Below the pieces are notes generated by a model, which saw only the letters and a program-made list of their open reading frames with translations, did no database searches and was not told the origin of the DNA. 64,000 nucleotides of DNA from contig NC_086097.1 of NCBI RefSeq assembly GCF_963921235.1, positions 188,544,001 to 188,608,000 of the forward strand, given 5' to 3'. Both the position numbers and the translations under genes were made by a program. Positions 39,701 through 50,100 of this stretch are shown piece after piece (positions within the stretch are counted from its first letter, which is position 1; each line of letters starts with the position of its first letter). This DNA is from Mobula hypostoma (taxonomy: Eukaryota).

Positions 39701-40870
39701 TGGGTCTATGGAATTTGTTGTCACGGGCGGCAGTGGAGGCCAAGTCATTGGGTGTATTTAAGGCAGAGATTGATAGTTATCTGAGAAGCCAGGGAATCAA
39801 AAGTTATGATGAGAAGGCGGGGGAGTGGGACTAAATGGGAGAATGGATCAGCTCATGATAAAATGGCAGAGCAGACTCGATGGGCCAAATGGCCGACTTC
39901 TGCTCCTTTGTCTTACGGTCTTATGGTCTAAATGGGGCACTCTTAATGTTTTGTAAAGATAGTAAGCAACATGAGAGAGCTTTAGGGTTGAAAGCTGTAG
40001 GCAGAAGGAAGGAAACACAAAGGAATTATACTGAATGACAGTGGCTTTGGCAAATAATCACAGAAGTGCCTTTAGGTGTATTCATGGACCAAGTTAAAAT
40101 AATTTAATTGGGGTAAAAGTTGTGGATGCTAAATGTTTAAAAGTGTTTTGTGGTGGAGTAAGAACAAATAACTTATTGGAGTTGATTAAATTTGATGGAA
40201 AAAAACATTGCCTGATAAGGTTAATTTAAGTTGTGAGTTTTATTGTTTGAATCCATGTGCTGCCCATTCTGAGATATTTTCTGTGCCAGAAGTTTGGTCA
40301 TGTAGCAGCTGTGTGTAGGGATAAAAAGTGGTGTTGAAGATGTGCTGGAAAATATGATTATGGTAATTGTGGAGAAGGCATTAGGCCAAAATGTATCAAT
40401 TGTGGAAGGGAATGTAGCTCTGCTTATGCAGGGTATCCTGTGTAGAAAAAGAATGTGGAAGTGCACCATGTTCAGATAGAAATCAGTATATCATATGCAG
40501 AGGCTCTTCAGAAACTACAGAAGACTGTATCAATTAACCTATAAATAGCCAGAATACAGATAGTATGTAAAGTGCATAATTTTATAACAGAGAATTTGTT
40601 ACTTTCATGGCAGATGTGGTAAATTGTACAGCACAAATTAGAAGTAGGACAGAAATAAAATTAAATTATATTAAAAGCTGCAGAAAATCATCTAGAGATA
40701 GCAGTTAACTCTAGAAGTTATTAATGACGCTTTGCAGGAAGGGATAAATAATAATTCAGACTACAAATATTTCTTAATGTTTTTTCTTTGTGTCTTTTTT
40801 TTCTTATGCTTTTTCTTTCCTTTTTTCTTACAATGGAATGCTAGAAGTTTGTTAGCCAATGATCAGGGTA
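36770..40870 (+). mobile_element. Nimb/I-like LINE relic (ORF1 and ORF2 start), interrupted by a CR1
   Basis: ORF1-like peptide resumes across the CR1; decayed triple zinc knuckle at ~40260-40445 (CQKFGHVAAVC...KCINCG); LQWNARSLLAN endonuclease start at ~40828. Confidence 0.7.
37085..39929 (+). mobile_element. CR1 LINE, near-complete but disrupted ORF2 (APE endonuclease and RT)
   Basis: DIVAISETWL, IYRPPN, GDFN, SDHN, PGPDG, YLDFQKAFDKVPH and KFADD; (tcttatgg)n tail; stops and frameshifts. Confidence 0.95.
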
Positions 40871-40954
40871 TTTTGATGCTCAGTACTGTGTGGGTTGCAG
40901 AGATGGACATGTGAAAGGGTGTATTTGGTGTACTTGTATGATGCTCAGCAGGTG

Positions 40955-42475
40955 GCGGTATTTCTGAAAGAGGTGGCTGAAGAGATTATGGAAGGATTAG
41001 TAATGATCTTGCAAGAACCATTAGATTCTGACATGGTTCTGGAGGACTGGAAAATTGCAAATACCACTCCACTCTTCAAAAAGTGTGAAAGGTAGAAGAA
41101 AAGAAATTACAAGCCAGTTAGTCTGACATCAGTGGTTGAAAAGATGTTGGAGTTGATTGTTAAGAATGAGATCTCAGGGTATTTGGAAGCACATGAAAAA
41201 TAGGCCGAAGTCAGTATGGTTTCCCTAAGGGAAAATCTTGCTTGCCAAATTTGTTATTCTTTGAGGAATTAACAAGCAGGATAGACAAAGGAGAATTGAT
41301 GGATGTTGTATACTGGGATTTTCAGAAACCCCTTGACAATGTACCACACATAAAGCTGCTTAGCAAGTTAAGGGCCCATGGTATTACAAGAAAATATTAG
41401 CATGAATAGAGGATTGATTGATTGGCAGGAGGCAAAGAGTGGGAATAAAGGGAGCCTTTTCTGGTTAGCTGCCGGTGTTCCACAGGGTTCTGTGTTGTTC
41501 TTTGTATGTTATATGTCAATGATTTGGACAATGAAATTGATAGCTTTGTAGCCAAGTTTGCAGATGATAGAAAGATAGGTGGAGGGGCAGGTAGTCTTGA
41601 GAATGCAGAGAGGCTACAGAAGGACTTGGACAGATTAGGAATATAGGCAAAGAAGTGGTAGATGGAATACAATGTCAGGAAGTATACGGGCATGCACTTT
41701 GGTAGACGAAATAAAAGTGTAGACTATTTTCTAAATGGAGATAAAATTCATAAATCTGAGGTACAAGGGGACTTGGGAGTCCTCGTGCAGGATTTCCTAA
41801 AGGTTAATTTACAGGTTGAGTTAGTGGTGAGGAAGGCAAATGCAATGTTAGCATTCATTTCGAGATGATTAATGCTGAAACTTTATAAAACACTGGTGAG
41901 GCCTCACTTGGAGTACTGGGAGCAGTTGTGGGCCCCTTATCTAAGAAAGGATGTGCTGACATTGGAGAGGGATCAAAGGAGGCTCATGAAAATGATTCCA
42001 TGATTGAAAAGCTTGTCATATGAGTGTTTGATGGCTCTGCACCTGTACTCACTGGAATTCAGAATAATGGGGGGGGGGGGGAATCTCACTGAAACCTATC
42101 GAATATTGAAAGACCTCAGAAGAGTGGATGTGGAAAGGATATTTCTTTTGGTGGGGAATTCTAAGACCAGAGGGGACAGCCTTAGAATAGAGGGGCATCC
42201 ATTTAAAATGGAGATGAGGAGGAATTTCTTCAGCCAGGGAGTGGTGAATCTATGGAATTCATTGCCACAGGTGGCTATGGAGGACAAGTCATTGGGTATA
42301 TTTAAGGCAGAGGTTTATTTTTGGTTAGTCAAGGCATGAAAGGTTGGTTGCAGGGAGAAGGCAAGAGATTAGGGCTGAGAGGGAAATGGATCAGCCATGA
42401 TGAAATGGCAGAGTAGATTCAATGGGCCAAATGGCCTAATTCTGCTCCTATATCTTATGGTCTTAATATCTTATG
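40955..42475 (+). mobile_element. CR1 LINE, older 5'-truncated copy
   Basis: EDWKIAN, KFADD and FFSQGVVNLWNSLP; tcttatgg tail. Confidence 0.9.
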
Positions 42476-42539
42476 GTATTGTTCCTTGCATCAGTCTGCC
42501 AATTGCCAATAAATATTACCAAAAGATCAAAAGGTTCAG

Positions 42540-42985
42540 TTGCTACTCAGACCAAGTATTAGAATGGGAAAGAAATGTGAACTAATTGACTATGACCATG
42601 GAATGATTGTTGGTGCCAGGTGGCATGGTTTGAGTATCTCAGAATCTGCTGATCTCCTGAAATGTTCATGCACAACTGTATGGAGTTTACAGAAAATGGC
42701 GCAAAAAAACCAAAAAAAAAAAAAAACGTCTAGTGTGTGACAGTTCTGTAGGTGAAAGTGCCTTGATAATGAGAGGTCAGAGGAGAAGAGAGGCCAGACT
42801 GGTTCAACCTGACAGGAAGGCAACAGTAATTCAAATAATCACGTTATAACAGTGGTGTGCAGAAGAGCATCTCTGAATGCACAACACGTGGATCCTCAAA
42901 GTGAATGGGCTTCAACAACAGAAGGCTCCAAGCGTACACTTGATGGCCACATTATTAGGTACAGGAGGTACCTAATCAAGTACAC
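42540..42985 (+). mobile_element. Tc1-like DNA transposon relic (N-terminal HTH)
   Basis: MGKKCELIDYDHGMIVGARWHGLSISESADLL..TTV; TIR-like cacttgatggccacattattaggtac at the right end. Confidence 0.75.
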
Positions 42986-43167
42986 ATGGAGTACATACAA
43001 AATGCTCTTCTCTGCACTGCCTCAAATTTTTAATGATCCCTTACAAAGTGCCAACCAGGAAATGCTCTGAATACAATCTCAATGTATTATAGCTTCAATA
43101 TGACTTGCAAGCATTTAATTTCAGTCTGGTTGACAGCAATAATTTCGCATTGAGTTCACTTTCAGAG

Positions 43168-44370
43168 CAATGCACAAAATGCTGGAGGAGCCAGCAGGTC
43201 AGGTAGCATCTAAAGAAATCAATAAACAGTTGACATTTTGGGCTGGAACCCATCTTCAGGACTGGAAAGGTAGGGGGAAGATGCCAGAATAAAAAGATGG
43301 GGAAGTGGAAGGAGGACTAACTAGAAAGTGACAGGTGAAGCCAGGTGGTTGGGAAAGGTAAAGGATTGGAGAAGAAGGAACCTGATTGGAGAGGAGAAAA
43401 GGAAGAAGGCAGAGCACCAGGTAATAGGCAGGTGAGAAGAAGTAGGAGGCCAGAGTGGGGAACAGAAGAAGAGAGAAGGGGGAAGGGAAAATAATTTTAC
43501 TGGAAGGAGAATTTGATGTTCATGCCATCAGGTTGAGGCTACCTCGACAGAATATAAGGTGGTGCACTTCTACCCTGAGAGTGGCTTCATCGTGGCAAAA
43601 GAGGAGGCCATGGAAATGGCGTGTTTGAAAAGAAATTAAAATGGCTGGCCACCAGGAAATTCTGCTTTTGGTGGTTGGAGTGGAGATGCTCAACAAAGTG
43701 GTCCCCCAATACACATTGAGTCTCACCAATGTAGAGGAGGCTGCATCAGGAGCATCAGACATAATAGACGACCCGAACAAATCTGCAGGTGAAGTGCTGG
43801 CTCACCTGGAAGGGCTGTTGGGGGCCCTGAATAGAGGTAAGGCATGAGGTAAATGGGAAAGTGCAGTATTTCTGTCGCTTGCAGAGATGTATGCCAGGAG
43901 GGAGATTAGTGGGGAGGGACGAATGAGCAAGGGAATCATAGATGGAGCGATCCCTGTGGAAAGCAGAGAGTGGTGGGGGGGGGGTAGGTAAAAATGTGTT
44001 TGGAGGCAGGATCCTGTTGAAGGTGGTGGAAGTTGCGGAGATTGATGTGATGGATGCGGAGGCTCATGTGTTGGTCGATGAGAACAAGAGGAACTCTTAT
44101 CTCTGTTAGGTGGCAGGAAGATGGGATAAGCGTGAATGTTTGGAAAATGGAGGAGATGCAGGTAAGGGGAAATCAATGGTGGAGGAAGGGAAACAGCATT
44201 CTTTGAAGAAGGTGGAAGCTGGAGGTATATTTGATGAAAATGAGAGCTCAGCATGGGTGCATGAAGCAGTACTAATGCAGTCATCATTGTAGTGCGGGAA
44301 GAGTTGGGGGGGGGCATTATCAGTGAAGGCTAAGAACATGCACATAACCAATTAAAAGCCAGGCATAGCC
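43168..44370 (-). mobile_element. Penelope-like element, internally deleted
   Basis: Family terminal repeat, GIY-YIG region and RT remnant (PQLFPHYNDDCI). Confidence 0.8.
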
Positions 44371-44571
44371 ATTTTACTTTGCTTATTGCCACTTTACATG
44401 ACATATGCTGTGTGAATGATAATTCAATAACTTATTAAATTCTATTCTCATGCATTAAAGTGAACTGGTAGTTATTTAATTACAGTGTAGATTATCTTCC
44501 ATGCTATTGAACTTTACTTACAACTGATAAGCCTGAGTAATTCCCTCAGACAATTCTCAATCAAGACTTAT

Positions 44572-45228
44572 GATTATGAAGACATGTAGTCCTCTTTTAT
44601 TGTCATTTAGTAATGCATGCATTAAGAAATGATACATTATTTCCTCCGGTGTGATATCACAAAACACAGGACAAGCGTCATAGGAAGTCATTCCTGCCTG
44701 TGGCCATCAAGCTTTACAACTCCTTCCTTGGCGGGTCAGACACCCTGAACCAATAGGCTGGTCCTGGACTTATTTCCTGGCATAATTTACATATTACTAT
44801 TTAACTATTTATGGTTTTATTACTATTTAATTATTTATGGTGCAACTGTAACGAAAACCAATTTCCCCCGGGATCAATAAAGTATGACTATTACTATGAC
44901 GAACCAAGACTGAAAAAAACTGACAAAACCACATAATTATAACATAAGTTACAAACAGTGTAACAATACCATAACTTGATGAAGAAGTCCGTGAGCACAG
45001 TAAAGTTCAAAGTTTCTCAAATGTCCCACATCTCACGCAGACGGGAGAAGGAAGAAAAGCTCTCCCTGCCATGCCGACCACAATCCGACTCTGAGTCATC
45101 CGAAAACTTCGAGCTCTGATCAGCTCTCTGACACTGAGCGCCATCTCTGTCCGAATGATTTGACCTCCTTCTCGGTCGCCAAAAGCAGGTAAGGCCGGGG
45201 ATCTTGAGGCCTACCCTCCGAAAGACTT
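44572..45228. repeat. Unclassified interspersed repeat with a nested LINE 3' tail (44675-44900)
   Basis: Insert reads RKSFLPVAIKLYN and ends aataaagtatgactattactatgac; a related tail occurs on the minus strand at ~18592-18680. Confidence 0.5.
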
Positions 45229-45309
45229 TGATTGTGACCTGGGAATTCATGGTTTCATTTATACCTTTAAATATAACAATTTTTCATATGATATTTTGAT
45301 GCATTTTTA

Positions 45310-45885
45310 AGGCACTGAGGCTTTATAAGCAATTGGTCAGACCGCACAGTGTATTGTTAGCAGTTTTGGCACCCTTATCTAAGGAAGGATGTGCTGGTTT
45401 TGCAGAGGGTCCAGAGAATGATCCAGGATTGAAAGGGTTAATGTATGTGGTGCAATTCATGGCTCTGGACTGGAGTACTGGCTGGAGTTTAGAAGAATGA
45501 GGGGGAATCTCATTGAAACCTACTGAATATTGAAAGGCCTAGGTAGAGTGGACATGGAGAGTATATTTCCTATGGTGTGGGAGTGAGTCTAGGACCGGAT
45601 GCCACAGCCTCAGAATATTAGAGCATCCCTTTAGAACAGAGGTGAGGAAGAATTTCTTCAGTGGGGTGAATTGGTGGAATTTATTGGCACAGATGGCCGT
45701 GGAGGCCAAGTCATTGGAAATATTTAAAGTGGAAGTTGATAGGTTCTTGATTAGTAAAAGTGTCAAAGGTTACAGGGAGAAGGTATTTGAATGAGTTTGA
45801 GAGAGATAATAAATCAGCCATGATGGAATGGTGGAGGTGACTTGATGGGCTGAATGGCCTACTTCTGCTCCTGTGTCTTATGGTT
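45310..45885 (+). mobile_element. CR1 LINE 3' fragment
   Basis: Similar to the 3' ends of the other CR1 copies; tcttatgg tail. Confidence 0.85.
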
Positions 45886-46259
45886 ATTTCAAAAAGAATT
45901 TTATTTACAATTGTTAGACTAACTAATAAATGTATTTTATTATAACCAATTTGGCAATGCAAAATGAATATCTATACTGTTACATCTGTGCTAAGAGGCA
46001 ATCGCACTACATCAGTTCAAATGAATCGGTGTATAACTGCTGGTGCTGGCAGTATTTACAGGTCCTCTTCGCCTTTCTATGTTTTTGAATGCAGATTAGT
46101 TGATGATGTTTAAAGTCCAATTTTTGGGTGCTTTCTGTCGTACACATCTGGTGTCTGCGAACTTGTGCAGTATGCATACAGGTGATTTGGTCTTGATTAA
46201 ATGCTCTTGGTTGTTGTAGAATGAACTCAGGCTTATCAGTTGTAAATAAAGTTCAGTTT

Positions 46260-47110
46260 CTGGATGCTCCCAGTCAAAACACTGCGCTCATTCCGCACTG
46301 GATACTCACAGCCAGACGCCTGGGCTCCGTCAGCAAACAGGGCAGCAGCGGCACTACGGACAGAGCGGCTGCTACACAGGTCCGGCAATGTTGACCTCTG
46401 GAGCAATTCTGTATGGAATTTGGCCTGTGACACTGTGGGCTCCTCTGAGCCGATTTGATTCCCTTCCACGTCCCAACAATATTCTGGGTAATTAGCTGCT
46501 TTAAATAACTTCTAGGTGGGTTGGTAGAAAACTTGGGGCATGGATTTAATGGATTTTATGCGATAATGAAATATAATAACGTTATGGACCCTCATGGATC
46601 CCTAGGTTCTCTCTGCCTGATATTGTAGTTGAGTCTGCACTGGTTGCTTACGGCCAGATGTTTCAGTTCAGCCTGCACTGGACGGTGTGTGTTTCGACCG
46701 GGAGATGTCTCCGTATCCTCGGAAGCGACGAAATGCGAGGGCGGCCGGGCGGCGGCGCTGCGGAGTGCAGCCGCAGCCGGTGCCGGCGAGGATGGCGGCG
46801 GTAGGTCGGTTAGGTGTCCCTCGCTTCATGTTAAAAGCCGCAGGGAGCAGCCGAAGCTGCAATTGGAGAGTAGGTTTTCTTGGCTTCACTGGGTTCAAGT
46901 TAAAAGCTCAGGTAAGTGCCTGATCGGGAGAGATTCCGCTGATTCCGGATTTCCAAAGGAGGAGGAGCGGACCAGATTTCTGGTCAGTGGCCTCACCGTT
47001 GTTTGAAGGCACCTTGCAGCTTCATGGTTTAGGGCTGAGGCTTGTGGCTCAACCTCTGCCGTACAGTAGGAGCAGAAAGGCCCCTCAAACCTTCCCCTCC
47101 GGTTAGTATC
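46260..47110 (+). promoter_or_regulatory. CpG island / RMDN1 promoter and first exon
   Basis: Most CpG- and GC-dense stretch of the window (gcggccgggcggcggcgctgcgg), overlapping the RMDN1 start codon. Confidence 0.75.
46792..46911 (+). CDS. RMDN1: RMDN1 coding exon 1 (120 nt)
   Basis: Strong Kozak aggATGg in a CpG-rich region; MAAVGRLGVPRFMLKAAGSSRSCNWRVGFLGFTGFKLKAQ|gtaagt; phase 0 matches exon 2. Confidence 0.8.
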
Positions 47111-50100
47111 AGCATGGCCTGTGCCAATTGTCCGTAACTTCAATTCCTTGCTCTTTGAGATATTTATCTGCTTCCACCATAACTATAACTGATCTGGCCC
47201 GTAACTGTATCACATTAACTGTATCTACTGATTCTCCACCTTCTGGGGTAGAGAATTCCATAGATTCGCTGCCTTCTTAGAGAAGAAATTACCATGTACT
47301 TCAGTTTTAAATAACTGGGCCTTTTGTAGCTATTGTCCCTTTATCCACGTCTCTGACCTACTGCAAATATTTGAAGTTCACATTTAAATCCTGGACTGTC
47401 TAGTCTCTCTCAGTAGGGCAACTTTCTCCCCTGTAACTAGTCTGACGAATCTCCTTTGGCTTGCTTTGTATTATGTGGTTCTTGCACTTTCAGCACCTGA
47501 CTTATGCCAAAAATACTTGCCCCTCTGCTGGAAGATTATAATTAATATATTAATATAAATAATGTGGAAGAAAATCTTTACTTCTAGGTTCGTGAAGATA
47601 TGAGTTTTAACTTAGAAAATGTAAAGAGGTTGCTATAACTACTATGAACATTTTATAATTCAAAAAACAGAATGTTAATTTATCCCTCTTTTGGAGTAGA
47701 AGGGAAAATCTGGTTGACTGGACTAGCACTGCAAATCAATGGTTGCTGATTGATTCCAGGATGATGTTTGAGGTGACAATTTTGGATATGACCTAAATTT
47801 TTCACTGCCAGTTCTTGGGATGCACGTTCCATGATTGTTTTGAAACAGAAAGACTCACAACATAAAGTTTTTATTTCACTAATTAAAATTCTGTTTCTGC
47901 TTATTTGCAGTCTTAATTGATTACATGTCCTGTGTAACTGCATTTTTGATGTCTCAGTGTCGGAATTCAGAATCAGGCTTATTATCACTGACATTTTGTG
48001 TGAAATTTATTTTTGCAGCAGCACTAAAGTGCAAGACATTAAAGAATTACTATCAGTTACATAGAACGTAGAACATAGAAATCTATAGCACATTACATGT
48101 CCTTCAGCCCACAGTGTTGTGCCAACCATATAACTTACTCTAGTAGCTGCCTGGAATTACCCTACTGCATACCCCTTTATTTTTCTAAGCTCCATGTACC
48201 TATCTGAGAGTCTCTTAAAAGACCCTATTGTATCCACCCCACCACAAAAATATTTACAAAATAAATAAACAGAGCAAAACATGAATGACGAGGTTGACAG
48301 TTCAGAAATCTGATGGCAGTGGAAGAGAAGCTGCTTAAACGTTAAGTGTGGGTATTGGGGCTCTTGTACTATCTCCCCCGATATGGTGAAGGTTTTAAAT
48401 GATGGATGATGCCTTGAGGCACTGCTGCTTGAAGATGTCCTTGGTGATGGCGAGGGCTGTGCCAGTGATGGAATTGACTGAGTTTACAAACCTCAGCAGC
48501 TGCTTGAGGTGCTGTTTATTGGAGCTTCCGTACCAGCTGTGATGCAATTGGGAAATGTGGAGGTTGTTTAGGGAGCACTTACTTGGGGTTCTGCATAGGT
48601 TTGTCAGATTGAGCATGATAAGGTGAAGGAACCATGGTTGATAAGAGATGTGGAGCATGTAATCAAGAGGAAGAAGGAAGCATTCTTGGCTTTAGGAAAT
48701 AAGGATCAGACAGGGCTCTCGAGAGTACGAGGTAGCCAGGAAGGAGAGCTCCCTTGCATGAGAAAGCCTTTGCCAAGAAATTAAGAAAAAAAAAGGATTA
48801 AGAAATATCCAAGGCATTCTATACACGTGAAGAAGAGGACAATGACACGACTGTGGCTGACAAGGGAAGTCAAAGCCAACATAAAAGCAAAAGAGAGGTT
48901 ATATACTAGAGCAAAATTGGGAATTTAGAGGATTGGAAAGCTTTTAAAAACCAACAGAAGGCAACTTTAACAAAAAGCCACACACATCAAAGTTGCTGGT
49001 GAATGCAGCAGGCCAGGCAGCATCTCTAGGAAGAGGTGCAGTCAACGTTTCAGGCCGAGACCCTTCGTCAGGACTAACTGAAGGAAGAGTGAGTATGCAG
49101 AAACGAGTTCGGTGGGGCAGGAGCAAGCTGAGACAATAGGTGGGCCAGGACAGGCAGGTTTGTGGATCTTGTGTAGGAGGTAGAAACGGGAAGTGCGAAG
49201 TGTGGGAACTATAAGGTTGGTAGCAGTGGATGGGAGATCCCCTGAGCGGATAAAGTCGGTGATGGTGTGGTAGACAATGGCCTGGTGCTCCTTAGTGGGG
49301 TCATGATCGAGGGGTAATTAAGAGGAGGTATCCGCGAGTTGTCGCTGTGCCTCCGCAAGGTAGAGGTCAGTATGCCAGACTACAACAGCACCCCCCTTAT
49401 CGGCGGGTTTAATAATAAGGTTAGGATTAATGCGGAGGGAGTGGAGAGCAGAGCGTTCCGAAGGAGTGAGGTTGGAATGGGGGCAAGGTGAGTTTTTGAC
49501 TTTAACAAAGAGCCATAAGGAGGGAGAAATGAAATATGAAGGTAAGCTAGTCAATAATATCAGAGGATACTGTAAGTTTTTTCAGATTTAATGTATAAAG
49601 AGTAAAAAGGCAAGAGTGGATATCAGACTGCTGGAAAATGATGTTGGAGAGATAGTAATGGGGGGAACAAGGAAATGGAGGATGAACCGAATAAATATTT
49701 TGTATCAGTCTTCACTATGGAAGACACTAACAGTATGTTGGATTTCAAGAGTGTCGGGGGTAGAAGTGAGTGTAGTTGCTATTACTAGGCAGAAGGTGCT
49801 TTGGGAAGCTGAAAGGTCTGAAGGTAAATAAATCACTGGGACCAGATGACTGTGCCCCAGGGTTCTGAAAGAGGTGGCTGAAGAGATTGTGTAGGCATTA
49901 ATAATGATCTTGCAAGAATCAGTAGATTTTGGAATGATTCCAGAGGACTGGAAAATTGCAAATGTCACTCCACTCTTCAAGAAGGGAGGAAGGCAGAAGA
50001 AAGAAAATTAGATGCCAGTTAGCCTGACCTTAGTAGTTAAGAGGATGTTGGAATCTTTTGGTAATGATGTTGTCTTGGGGTATTTAGAGACGCATGATAA

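Noticed and set aside
46629..47006. 125-aa Ala/Gly-rich ORF
   Set aside because: Alternative frame over the CpG island with a non-ATG start; the frame starting at 46792 is the one that splices to RMDN1 exon 2.
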